From Candidatus Saccharimonadota bacterium (GTDB lineage Bacteria > Patescibacteriota > Patescibacteriia > 2-12-FULL-60-25): DNA of 32,000 nt. A program made the translations under genes and the position numbers. This document shows positions 18,899 through 28,219 of the stretch, piece after piece; the first letter of the stretch is position 1; every line of letters starts with the position of its first letter. A model generated the notes under the pieces. The model was not told the origin of the DNA and ran no database searches. It was given only the letters and a program-made list of their open reading frames with translations. The stretch is from positions 1,050,001 to 1,082,000 of the forward strand of contig CP064964.1 of NCBI GenBank assembly GCA_016699205.1, read 5' to 3'.

Positions 18899-19666
18899 AT
18901 GTCCCTGTCTGTTCCTTTCGAGATCACCGAGCGCATCAAGGGTGCCACGGACGAGATCGTCGATCACGACACGTTCGTGAGCATCTGTAAGACGTCCTTG
19001 CCCGGCGCCGTGAAGATGTACGAGCTCATGTGCGAGCGCCTCAAGAGCGAGCCGAGCGGCTCGTATCGCAAGTGCTTTCACGGCTTCACCGATGTCGAGC
19101 GCGGCCATGTCATCCGCGCCTGCTACGGTGATGCGATCAATCGCGAGCTGAATCTCCACTACGGCATCGTGCTCGTGCGGACGGCATCCGGACGCGTGGT
19201 CGGCTTCACGCCCGAGTCATTCTCGCGCGAGGACTTCCGTTCCCGCGTCTTCAACCTCTCTGCGCAGAAGGCACATGGCGACGATCCGGTGGAGACGTCG
19301 GCGATCATCGACCACGCGGACACGCTGCGCGAGATCGAGCGGCTCTACCCGCTCGCCTACGCCTGCATCGCATCGCACGAGGGTCGTTCGTTCAACCACC
19401 GTGCTACCGAGCAGCCGCTCTTTGGGCAGCTGGTCGAGATGATCTCCATCCGTCCGTACCGCTTCCTGCTCGAGGATGCGTTCGGTCCGATCGCCACGGT
19501 CAACTGCTGCAAGCAGGCGGGACGCGGCAAGAAGGGCAAGGAGAAGTCCAAGGACGAGAATACGCCGTCCAAGCCCAGCGACACGCTGGGCGAGCTGTCC
19601 TGGGACTTCATCGTGAGCCGGACGCATCAGCTCCAGATGCAGGAACCGGCGATGTTCGACTGCTGA
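18899..19666 (+). CDS. Hypothetical protein (255 aa), strongly G/C-ending codon usage, Lys-rich C-terminal segment
   Basis: ORF 18899..19666 has a Shine-Dalgarno aaaggggg upstream. Its third codon positions are overwhelmingly G or C, unlike neighbouring genes. No recognised domain. Confidence 0.6.
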   Translation: MSLSVPFEITERIKGATDEIVDHDTFVSICKTSLPGAVKMYELMCERLKSEPSGSYRKCFHGFTDVERGHVIRACYGDAINRELNLHYGIVLVRTASGRVVGFTPESFSREDFRSRVFNLSAQKAHGDDPVETSAIIDHADTLREIERLYPLAYACIASHEGRSFNHRATEQPLFGQLVEMISIRPYRFLLEDAFGPIATVNCCKQAGRGKKGKEKSKDENTPSKPSDTLGELSWDFIVSRTHQLQMQEPAMFDC

Positions 19667-19691
19667 TCAGTCCGCCTAGCGGACTTCCTCG

Positions 19692-19731
19692 CCGACCCAC
19701 CCGTAGAAGCCGGGTGGGTCGGCTTTTCTTA
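19692..19731 (+). terminator. Rho-independent terminator
   Basis: A 12-bp GC-rich stem pairs gccgacccaccc (19692..19703) with gggtgggtcggc (19713..19724) and is followed by ttttctt. A small hairpin at 19670..19686 precedes it. Confidence 0.75.
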
Positions 19732-19808
19732 TCGTCTGGACAAGGGCGAAAGCTCGGCGTAGCGTTAATCCTTGTCGCCGGCTCTTGACTGGCGATAACG
19801 AGGCAAAC

Positions 19809-20570
19809 ATGCACATTCCGAGTGTGTCACCTGAGCTTGCTGAAAGCGTTCGCGTCAATGGTGCGATCAATGATCAGGAGTTTGGAGGCCTTATCCTGCA
19901 CTGGTTTCCGGCGGCTTGGACGCTGTGTTTTACGCTCAGGCGTCAGACACATCCGAGGCCCGTGTCAGACAGACGCGAGGAGGATGAGACCGTGCCGGTG
20001 AGGCTCTTGAATGCTCTTCTGCATAAGTCCGAGCATCATAGCCCGCGGCCGGTTGAACCGATGATCAGACGGGTCTCGATTCCCGAGATGGTCGGTATCA
20101 AGGCTGTGTCCCAGGTGTACCAAGTCATGGCCAGCGATGCGATGCATCGATGCGCACAAACCGTTCATGAGGGAATGTTCCGACTGGAGTCGGAAGAGAT
20201 CCTCGTGATGATTCCTGAAGGTCTCAAGGCTCCTCCGATCGAGCTTCCTCCTCTTGCTTTCATTGAGGAGCGCTATCATCTTGCCTGCGACCAGATCCGC
20301 ATCGTCCTCGCGGACATGGAGGATTCAGACCGAGGGTACGGTCTTCTCGACTGTTCCAAGGCGCCGCGCAGTCTCGAACAGCTCGTGATGCTGATGGCGA
20401 TTTATCCGTATCGTATGCGCATCGAGCGCGAGTACGGCGTTGAGCTGGCCTATCAGTGGCCGGGTATCCTCGCTGCCGCACCAGCTGGTACGAGAGGCCG
20501 TCTGCGCGAGTTCCGATCTGCCGCCGAGCAGATCCTCGCGATCCATCGCAATCCCAAGAGCACCGTCTGA
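19809..20570 (+). CDS. Hypothetical protein (253 aa), possible distant paralog of 18899..19666
   Basis: ATG 19809 lies within ORF 19785..20570, with GAGG 8 nt upstream. It shares the blocks ERxYxLA and QLVxMxxIxPYRxxxExxxG with the preceding protein. Confidence 0.55.
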   Translation: MHIPSVSPELAESVRVNGAINDQEFGGLILHWFPAAWTLCFTLRRQTHPRPVSDRREEDETVPVRLLNALLHKSEHHSPRPVEPMIRRVSIPEMVGIKAVSQVYQVMASDAMHRCAQTVHEGMFRLESEEILVMIPEGLKAPPIELPPLAFIEERYHLACDQIRIVLADMEDSDRGYGLLDCSKAPRSLEQLVMLMAIYPYRMRIEREYGVELAYQWPGILAAAPAGTRGRLREFRSAAEQILAIHRNPKSTV

Positions 20571-20576
20571 ACGATA

Positions 20577-20610
20577 AGAGCCCCGTCATGTATTCTGCTG
20601 ACGGGGCTCT
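20577..20610 (+). terminator. Stem-loop, probable terminator (weak U-tract)
   Basis: A perfect 12-bp stem pairs agagccccgtca with tgacggggctct around a 10-nt loop. The 3' flank gatgtta is only moderately T-rich. Confidence 0.5.
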
Positions 20611-20744
20611 GATGTTATCCAAAATGGAATACAGTATCCGGACTTATTGCGTACGCTTGACGTATCCGACTGAATATAGTAAGCCTAAAAAGCGTTGCAT
20701 CGTGGAAAGGATAGGTCGGTATGTTTTCATCGTGGAGAGACGGT

Positions 20745-20915
20745 ATGCCTTCATCGCGTGAAGAAGGGGAAGGCGAGTCAGACAAGAGGGTTCTCTACGA
20801 CAGCGCTGTCGAGCTGAATCCCAGTTCCAACTACACGACGGTCATCGAGGAAGAGCCGGACGGCCGTATCTTGATCCATGACCGGACAAAGTCGGGGAGC
20901 GGGCATTCCGCATGA
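20745..20915 (+). CDS. Possible small acidic protein (56 aa)
   Basis: It is part of ORF 20721..20915, and ATG 20745 is preceded by GGAGAGA. A 22-codon ORF (20912..20980) overlaps its stop by ATGA. There is no homology signal, so coding status is uncertain. Confidence 0.25.
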   Translation: MPSSREEGEGESDKRVLYDSAVELNPSSNYTTVIEEEPDGRILIHDRTKSGSGHSA

Positions 20916-21017
20916 GCAAGCTCGAGTTTCAGCAGCTGCTCGCTCATGCCCCGAACATTCTCAACAAGCTCAACAGGTAGTTCAAGACGGGTCGGTTGGT
21001 ACCTTTGTTTTTACGAG

Positions 21018-21049
21018 CCCCGTCCCGCAGCTGCGGAATGGGGTTTTTT
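21018..21049 (+). terminator. Rho-independent terminator at the right edge of the G+C-rich island
   Basis: The hairpin ccccgtcccgcag/ctgcggaatgggg is followed by T6 (21044..21049). Confidence 0.65.
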
Positions 21050-21060
21050 GTTTTGGTCTA

Positions 21061-21620
21061 TTACGATGAGAGCAGGATAATGCTGGCGGTAATGCCGTAA
21101 ATCAGAACGCTTAGCGTATCTTGAATGACGGTGGCAATTGGTCCTGCGCCGACGGCTGGGTCGAGGTGCTCCATTTGGACAAGTTTTGTGACGATAAGCG
21201 CTGTATGCGGCGCGATGGCAACGGCGATGAACATGGATATACCAACAACCATCGCAAGCATGGAGTCTTGGAACCAGATATATGCCGCGATACCGCTCAG
21301 TATGCCAGATATCGATCCAAGTATTATTCCGACGCCTGCTTCTTTCAGAAGGTAATTTTTGAATTTTGCTTTACGTGATCGGAGGTCGCGGCTAAAGATG
21401 CTTTGTGTTTGTGAACCCACGGCTGCGGCAATATAGACGACGAATGGAACAAAGAAGGCGATGCGAATGTCTTTGGCCAGCACGTCTTCAAAGGTAGAAA
21501 AGACAACGGCCAAGACAACGCCAAGAAATAGACCGACTAGAATGGATGGTAAGCGAAGACGAACAAGTTTTTTACCGACTCGGTATCGTCGTCGGCGTAG
21601 ATGATGCGTTTCCAGCTCAT
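21061..21620 (-). CDS. MgtE-family divalent cation transporter, membrane domain only, reading frame broken near the 5' end
   Basis: ORF 21061..21513 shows MgtE TM-domain motifs (PFVVYIAAAVGSQT, DPAVGAGPIATVIQD). Its frame stays open upstream (..KKLVRLRLPSILVGLFLG). The only ATG with a GGAG Shine-Dalgarno (21620) is in another frame. The frames join if the T-run at 21568..21573 had one more base. Confidence 0.6.
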
Positions 21621-21621
21621 A

Positions 21622-22628
21622 TTAATCTCCTGTCATCTGTTTCTTTAGAAGCGTCACATTTGGAACCGGCCAAGGATCGATCTTGTGACGTCTGGCCAAG
21701 GCGACGCTTGTCGAGGCTCCCAGGGCAATAGCGGTCCACGCTTCTTGCAGACGGTTTTTGCCGATCACATCGATGGTGATGGCACGAATGCCGTTTTTCT
21801 GCAGGATTTCTGCCGTTAGCTTGATGCGTTTGTGATTGCGCGGATGATAATGCTCGGATTGAAAGAGAACAGCGACGAGCTGTTTTTTGACGGAGTGGGG
21901 AAATGTAATACCTTCCAAAAAATGATGGTCGAGTTCTGGAATCACTTGTGCTGCGGAAAGCTGTTTTCCATTTTCGTTTATTTGATTATTGAATACATGC
22001 GCCGCGCCAACGAGATGCTCGGCCGACATGAGTAAGACAAAAGATTTTTCCAGATGTCGAGCAAGATCAAAAGCCAAGCCCTGATCCTGGTTTTCAATAA
22101 GCTTCGCGACTTCATTGATTTTCCGTTCATCGATTTTTATGATTCCGGTTTTGGCGAGGATTCCGGCGATGCCAATCGTCATATAGCCGATGGCCATGCG
22201 CGGTTGATTGGAGGGATTCTCAACGGGATCGATCACGAGTGTTGGGAATTTGTGTTTTTGGCTAGCGCAAGTAACTCGCCGCCATTGGTCATGACGATGA
22301 TGCGGGCTTTGCGGCGGATGGCTTCACGGGCTGCGGAAAGCGTCTCTTCTGTTGTGCCGGAATAGCTAGAAAGAATGACGAGCGTGTCGCGGCCTACGTG
22401 GCTCGGGAGACGATAGTCATTGCTGATTTCAAAAGGGATTGAGATCTCATCACGGAAGACGGACTGAATCACATGCGCGCCCAAGGTTGATCCGCCCATG
22501 CCAGAGACAACGATAGAAGCCGGCTTGTGATGACTTGTAGGAATGTTAAGGCTTGAGACTTGGCGCCAGGCATCGCGTAGCTGCGCGCCGAGACGCAAAT
22601 CGTCGGATAAAAGAATAGGAGCCTTCAT
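21622..22628 (-). CDS. Bifunctional phosphoglucose/phosphomannose isomerase (SIS domain), reading frame broken once
   Basis: ORF 22233..22670 (SGMGGSTLGAHV, SYSGTTEET, GGELLALAK) and ORF 21622..22236 (VIDPVENPSNQPRMAIGY...) are two halves of one PGI/PMI. They join as ..AKKHKFPTLVIDP.. if the T-run at 22255..22259 had one more base. The start is probably ATG 22628 (MKAPILL). Confidence 0.75.
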
Positions 22629-22639
22629 GGCTCCTATTC
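22606..22639 (-). terminator. Terminator hairpin of the DUF1761 gene that encloses the PGI/PMI start codon
   Basis: On the minus strand, gaataggagcc-atgaa-ggctcctattc forms an 11-bp perfect stem and is followed by ttttat. The loop contains ATG 22628. Confidence 0.5.
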
Positions 22640-22644
22640 TAGCA
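22636..22644 (-). promoter_or_regulatory. Extended -10 promoter (TGcTAGAAT) 7 nt upstream of the PGI/PMI ATG
   Basis: The minus strand reads gTGcTAGAATaggagccATG. The hexamer forms the left arm of the hairpin listed above. Confidence 0.4.
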
Positions 22645-22660
22645 CAAATAATTAGATTTT

Positions 22661-23086
22661 TTAGCGCCAAACAGCGAGGATCACTCCCATGATGATGAGT
22701 GAGACCAAGCGGTATCCGGTGTTGATGAAGTAGAGCTTCCAGGGTTTATTGCCCCAGAGCTGCTCATCCATTTGCACAGGCGCAAAAAATCCGAGCCAGG
22801 TCCAGAAACCAGACATGACGCCGCCGACCCAACCAAATGTCTGCGTATAGGTCATCGCAAATTCTGTTGTAAATGATAGGACGTAGGCTAAAACAAGCGA
22901 ACCAATGCTCATCAGGGCATAGGTCTTATTCATGCCTTTCATCGCCTCCTTGCTCATTTTGGATGGATCAATACCCATTAGTTTCATCCAAGGTTTGCCA
23001 AATAAAGGGCCGTACCAAAGGAACCCGAGAACGACGGTGGAAATGGCGGCGACGAGTATAGCGAGGTAGTTGGGGGTAAAAGTCAT
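22661..23086 (-). CDS. DUF1761-family membrane protein
   Basis: The 141-aa protein has 4 TM segments. The N-terminal LGFLWYGPLFGKPWMKLMG motif is typical of DUF1761. Confidence 0.65.
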   Translation of the reverse strand: MTFTPNYLAILVAAISTVVLGFLWYGPLFGKPWMKLMGIDPSKMSKEAMKGMNKTYALMSIGSLVLAYVLSFTTEFAMTYTQTFGWVGGVMSGFWTWLGFFAPVQMDEQLWGNKPWKLYFINTGYRLVSLIIMGVILAVWR

Positions 23087-23095
23087 ATGGACAGC

Positions 23096-23104
23096 ATTCT
23101 ATCA
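23096..23104 (-). promoter_or_regulatory. Extended -10 promoter (TGaTAGAAT) upstream of the DUF1761 gene
   Basis: The minus strand reads gcTGATAGAATgctgtccatATG. The TGA is the stop of the upstream ABC gene, and ATG 23086 is 9 nt downstream. Confidence 0.4.
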
Positions 23105-24829
23105 GCTTTTACGTTTTCCGTGCATCAACATGTCGACAGCTTTGTCGAGTGTACCGGCAGCCGTCAGTTCGCCGTTGTTTACAAAGAAGATGCCGTCAGC
23201 TTTTTCGATCGTGTTCAAGCGATGGGCGATGATGACCTTTGTTGTCGATCCTGGAAGCTGATCGAGGGCTTCTTGGAGCAATTGCTCCGTGACGGTATCG
23301 ATGTTGGCGGTGGCTTCATCGAGAATCAGGAGTTCTGGCTTGCGCAAGACGGCACGCATGAAAGCGATGAGCTGCTTTTGACCCAAGCTGATGGAGTCGG
23401 CGCCGGAGACGGGCGTGTCGACGCCTTTTTCAAAGCGGGCGAGGAGACGCTCAAGGCCCATCGAGTTGATCGTGTCGATTTTTCTTGGTGGCTTGCTGCG
23501 GCAAAATCAGGATTGGCGTAGAAGATGTTTTCCAGGACGGTGCCCGTGAACAAGAATGGTTCTTGCAAGATGAAGCCGATTTTTTGGTGCGATCGCTTTC
23601 AGGGTAGGAGCGCAGATCGCGGCCATCGAGCAGGATGGTGCCGGAGGTTGGATCGTAGAGACGCGCCATGAGCGAGGCAGTTGTGGTTTTGCCGCCGCCT
23701 GTCGGACCGACGAGTGCGTAGGTTTTGCCGCGTTCCAAATCGATGTTGATGTTGCGCAAGACATCCGGACGCTCTGGATAGCCAAAGTGTACGCCTTGGA
23801 ATTGTACAAGGGCTGGATTGGCGGCCTTTTCGCCTTCAATCGTCGGCAAGTCCATTGTTTCATCCATGATTTCGAGACGCGATCCCAGGCGGCTAATGCG
23901 AGCTGGAAGGAGTTCCAGAGCATGGCGATTTGGCGGAGCGGACCGTAGAAGCGCTCGACATAGATCAAGAAACTCAAGAGTAAGCCAAGCGTAAGGCTTT
24001 GTTGGGAGACGAGCAGGATGCCGTAGCCGAGAACGATCAGAATCGCCAAGTTGGAGAAAAGATCGTAAATCGGGGAGTAGAGGGCGCTGGCGATGCCGGC
24101 GCGTGTTGCTGCTTTGAAGTTGATTTTGTTGGCGATGGCAAAGCGGTCGCGGAAGAAGTCGCGGCGATCAAATGCGACAACGACTTTAAAGTGTTCCAAG
24201 CTTTCTTGAATTTCTGCGCTCAAACCGCCGGTTGCACGCAAACTTTCTGCATTGCGCTTTTAACCCAGCCGGAAGTGGCTTGCGTAAAGAGATAGAGTGC
24301 TCCGGCCGGGACTAGCGCGGCGAGGCCAAGATGCCAGTTCAATGAGAGCAGGAAGATACCGGAACCGACAATCATCACGATGCTCATCGTGAAACGCACC
24401 AAGGTTTCGAGAAGAATTGGTTGAGTTTGTCCGTGTCGTTGTTGATGCGGGAAATCAAATCGCCAGCTTTATTTCGGTTGAAGAAGGCGATTGGTAGCGA
24501 TTGAGTTTGGCAAAATCATGTTGCGCAAACGGAAGAGCATGCGCTGACCTACACGGCCCATGAGCTGCATCTGCCAATAGCTTGTGCCGAGGGCGATCAA
24601 GAATGCGACGAGAAGCGCTGCGACGGTTGTAAAGATGCCTGGATAGTTTGCGGTGCGTACATAAGCATCGATGGCGTGACCAAAATGTAAGGCACGCTCA
24701 AGTTGATGCCGGAAGCGATGAAGATCGTAAGCGCCGTCAATGCCAAAGGACCAATCTCCGGTTTGAGATAGGGGAGAAGCTTGCGGACACCGACGAGCGC
24801 GGATGTCTTTTTGCGGGCTTATCGTTCAT
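23102..24829 (-). pseudogene. ABC exporter permease/ATPase fusion (second subunit of a heterodimeric pair), broken by about 9 frame changes
   Basis: Fragments 24220..24402, 23507..24241, 23451..23867, 23326..23568 and 23102..23461 tile one MsbA/LmrD-like protein: MNDKPAKK..., the TM domain, Walker A GPTGGGKTT, a degenerate signature ISLGQKQ, and Walker B LLILDEAT. Each junction sits at a short homopolymer. Confidence 0.75.
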
Positions 24830-26575
24830 ATTGGTTGGTGCTGCGCTGGGAATTGTAGATCTGGACGTATTCCGGAGAGATTTCCATCAATTTGTCGTGC
24901 GTGCCTTGAGCCAAGACCTCGCCCTCCATCAAAAAGGATGATGTGGTCGTAATCGCGGACAGAAGAGATTTTGCGTGACCGAGACAAGTGTGACGCTTGG
25001 ATAGTTTTTGCGGACATTCTCGAGAATGCGGTGTTCCGTGTTGGAATCGACGCGGGCGGTGAAGTCATCGAGCAAGAGGATTTTTGGTTTGATAGCGAGA
25101 GCTCGTGCGAGCATCAAGCGCTGCTTTTGTCCGCCAGAGAGACTTGTCCCGCGTTCCGAGACGAGGGTGTCGAGACCGTTGGGGAGTGTATCGAGGAAAT
25201 CTTTGAGTTCTGCGGTTTCAATCGCTAAGTCAAAATCTTCTTTGGCCACCTCACGACCAAAGGCGATGTTTTCACGAACGGTTAAATTGAAGACGATGCT
25301 GTCTTGGAAGACCATGCCGATTTGCGAGTGCAGGCTGCGGCTATCGTATTCTGAGACGGATTTACCATCGTACAGAACTTCGCCGGAAGTTGGCGGCGTG
25401 AGTCCGGTGAGGACATTGAGGAGCTGGGTTTTTCCAGCAGCTGTCGGACCGAGGATGGCGGTACGGGTTTTGGCCGGAAGGGAGAAACTGACATGCTTCA
25501 AGACAGGCGTTTCGCCAAAACGGATGTTGACGTCGCGCATCTCGATATGGCCGTCGATCGCTGCTTTCCATTCACCGTCGTTCTTGATTTCCGGAGCATC
25601 GAGCACTTCTGCGATACGGATATAGGAGGCGTTTGAGCGGGCCATCATGTTGCTCATAAAGCCGAGCATCAGCATCGGGAAGATGAGAATGCCGACATAG
25701 CTATTGAAGGCGGCGAGCTGGCCAATCGTCATTTCTCCCACGATCACAAAATGTCCGCCAAGACCAAGGATGACGAGTGTCGCAAGGCTGGAGATAAAGG
25801 TAATGAGCGGGATCAGGCTTGCAAAGACGCGCAAAATTTTGAGACCGTTTTCTTTCGCGTCCGTATTCACGACGAGAAATTTTTCCGTTTCCGATTGCTG
25901 GCCATGCAGAACGCGAATCAAGGTCGCGCCCAGAATACTTTCATTTATGGTTTTGTTCAGACGATCGATGATCATCTGCGATGCTCCAAACAATGCGCCG
26001 ACTTTGGAGAAGATTCCGTAGAACATGAAGCCCATGATCGGAATGATAAGAAGAACGGTTAAGCCAAGCTTCCAATCTGTGGAAATAAGCATGACGCTCG
26101 CACCAATCAAAATGAAAAGCGAAGACACGACAATGACCATGCCTTGCGAGACGAACATTTTGATGGCGTCGATGTCGCTTGTGAGATTGGTGAGGAGTTT
26201 GGATGCCGTCGTGTTTTGGACAAAGGCAAAGCTTTGGCGGGAGATTTTGGCGGCCAACTGCTCGCGCAAATCGCTCGCGACACGTTCGGATGCAAATGCC
26301 TGGATGATGCCGAGGATGTAGTCGGAAATGAGCATCGTGGCACAGATCGCCAAAAAGGGGAGAGCGATGGCGACAAGGTTAAAACTTCCGCTCGTGTATG
26401 CGTCGATTCCGCCGGCAACCATACGGGGCAGCATTAAGCTCAAGCCTTTGCCGAATATCGACAGGCCAAGCAAACCGATGATCCAGCCCTTGTATTTAGG
26501 GAGGAGGCTCATCAACGTATTTTTCTTTTCAGCAGGAGTCTTCTTGTTGTTCATAAATAGGGTTAACTTCAGCAC
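24819..26575 (-). CDS. ABC exporter permease/ATPase fusion (first subunit), 3' end broken by two frame changes
   Basis: ORF 24929..26575 has a 6-TM domain plus an NBD with Walker A GPTAAGKT, signature LSGGQKQR and Walker B LLLDD (Asp replaces the catalytic Glu). The tail ..TQKISSVRDYDHIILLMEGEVLAQGTHDKL..NQYER is recovered only via the T-run at 24969..24972 and the A-run at 24931..24935. The start is GTG 26575 or ATG 26554. Confidence 0.8.
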
Positions 26576-26891
26576 TTTCCAAAATATTTTTCGCCCCAGA
26601 CAGCCATGTGCTTGAGGACGGGGAGCAGGTCTTTTCCTTTTTGGGTCAGATTGTATTCCGTACGCGGAGGGACCTCAGAATAGATTGTTTTAGTGATAAT
26701 GCCGAGTCGTTCCAGGTCGGAGAGCCGGTCGGAGAGGGTGGTTGGATTTACGCCACCGGCTTCCGTTTGTAATTCATTGAAACGCAGGGTTTTAGCGAGA
26801 GCGCAAATAATAGCCTCGGAGTCCATTTGTCTCCGAGGACGGTTGTAGCAAAGGCTACGCATTTGGATTTGTTGTCTGATTCTTTGGGCAT
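26569..26891 (-). CDS. HxlR-family transcriptional regulator, reading frame broken once
   Basis: ORF 26569..26862 carries RFNELQ...LSDRLSDLERLGIITK...EVPPRTEYNLTQKG. The true N-terminus MPKESDNKSKCVAFATTVLGDKWTPRLLFAL starts at ATG 26891 in another frame. The frames join if the T-run at 26790..26793 had one more base. Confidence 0.75.
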
Positions 26892-26971
26892 GATCTTGAC
26901 GGTTTGGCGATCCATGCTATATTTTTTATAGCTAGTCAGTTTTTTTATAGGAATTTAAGGACATTGTCAAT

Positions 26972-27607
26972 ATGAATGGTCAAGAAATCATTAAAGCGAT
27001 GAACTGGCGTTTTGCTACCCAAGTATTCGATGCTTCAAAAAAGGTTTCCGATGAAGACTTGAAAACGATCCTCGAGGCCGCTCGATTGACTCCGAGTTCA
27101 TTTGGTATCGAGGCTTGGAAATTTCTTGTTATCGAGAATCCGGAATTACGAGGAAAAATCCGCGAGGCAGCTTGGGGTCAGCCCAAAGTTACGGAAGCAT
27201 CGCATTTGATTGTGATCGCACGTCGTACGGATGTTCGCGAGCACATTACGGATGAATTGCTCGCTCGCACCTCAAAGGCGCAGGGTGTCGGTCTTGAGGC
27301 TTTGGATGGTTTAAAGCAGATGGTGAATGGAAATATGGCAGGCCGATCAGATGCGGAGATTGATGCATGGACCAAGAGTCAGGCGTATATCGCGCTCGGG
27401 GTAATGATCGAGACAGCTTCATTGCTTGAAGTCGATAACGGACCGATGGAAGGTTTTGATCCGGCAAAAGTTGATGAGATACTCGGCTTAAAGGCTAAGA
27501 ATCTTACCTCGACCTTGCTGCTTGCTCTTGGATATCGCGATGAACATGCTCCCGTGCGTCCCAAGTCCCGCCGTTCGATGGAAGAGGTGGTTGAATTCAT
27601 CAAATAA
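26972..27607 (+). CDS. NAD(P)H-dependent nitroreductase-family oxidoreductase
   Basis: The 211-aa protein shows RFATQVFD, ILEAARLTPSSFGIEAWKF and QAYIALGVMIE, which are nitroreductase-fold motifs. It is divergent from hxlR. Confidence 0.85.
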   Translation: MNGQEIIKAMNWRFATQVFDASKKVSDEDLKTILEAARLTPSSFGIEAWKFLVIENPELRGKIREAAWGQPKVTEASHLIVIARRTDVREHITDELLARTSKAQGVGLEALDGLKQMVNGNMAGRSDAEIDAWTKSQAYIALGVMIETASLLEVDNGPMEGFDPAKVDEILGLKAKNLTSTLLLALGYRDEHAPVRPKSRRSMEEVVEFIK

Positions 27608-27618
27608 ATTATATTCTT

Positions 27619-28137
27619 ATGCAACCAATGTACGCATTTAGCGTTCCTGTTTTTCAAAAGATGTTGAAGACGGCGTTGAATCTTTTGGATAAGGCCGAGG
27701 CGCATGTAAAGACGAATGGGGGAACGGAAGCGGATTTGTTGGAAGCTCGATTGGCGCCGGATATGTTTCCATTTGTGAAACAGGTGCAAATTGTTTGTGA
27801 CAATGCCAAAGGTGCATCATCGCGTCTCGCGGGAGTGGAGAATCCATCTCATCCAGACACGGAGACGACGATTGCGGAATTGAAGGCGCGCGTAGAAAAG
27901 ACGATGGCGTTTCTCGATACATTGAAAGAAGAGCAGTTTGCGGACGCGGCTGATCGAAAGATCGTGCTGCCGTATTATCCTGACAAGCATCTCCTTGGAA
28001 TGGATTATTTGCAGAGCCAAGCACTTCAGAATTTCTTTTTTCACGTCAACATGATGTACGCGATCTTGCGTATGAAGGGCGTGCAGATTGGAAAAGCGGA
28101 CTATATTGTTGATGTTCCGTGGCAGGCTGGTGCGTAA
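27619..28137 (+). CDS. DUF1993 (DinB-like) family protein
   Basis: MYAFSVPVFQKML, LLEARLAPDMFPFVKQVQI, NFFFHVNMMYAILR and GKADYI closely match the DUF1993 consensus as I recall it. Confidence 0.8.
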   Translation: MQPMYAFSVPVFQKMLKTALNLLDKAEAHVKTNGGTEADLLEARLAPDMFPFVKQVQIVCDNAKGASSRLAGVENPSHPDTETTIAELKARVEKTMAFLDTLKEEQFADAADRKIVLPYYPDKHLLGMDYLQSQALQNFFFHVNMMYAILRMKGVQIGKADYIVDVPWQAGA

Positions 28138-28165
28138 AGTAGCTATATAGAGAGAAAATAACCTA

Positions 28166-28196
28166 TTGACCCTGACATTGCGTCAGGGTTTATAGT
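28166..28196 (+). promoter_or_regulatory. MerR-type promoter with a 19-bp spacer and a palindromic operator
   Basis: TTGACC lies at 28166..28171 and TATAGT at 28191..28196, with a 19-nt spacer. The spacer contains the inverted repeat ACCCTGAC-attgc-GTCAGGGT (28169..28189). Confidence 0.75.
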
Positions 28197-28219
28197 ATGC
28201 AAAGGTTCAGGCCAAACCT

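Noticed and set aside
18695-19627. Long minus-strand ORFs (18695..19159, 19217..19627, 19357..19611) in the G+C-rich island
   Set aside because: High G+C depletes stop codons on all frames. The plus-strand ORF has a Shine-Dalgarno site, a terminator and strong G/C third-position periodicity, so the antisense ORFs are most likely artefacts.
20697-20765. Possibility that the short direct repeats are a CRISPR array or a minisatellite
   Set aside because: There are only about three imperfect units with unequal spacing, no repeat-spacer regularity and no cas genes. I report them as a tandem repeat only.
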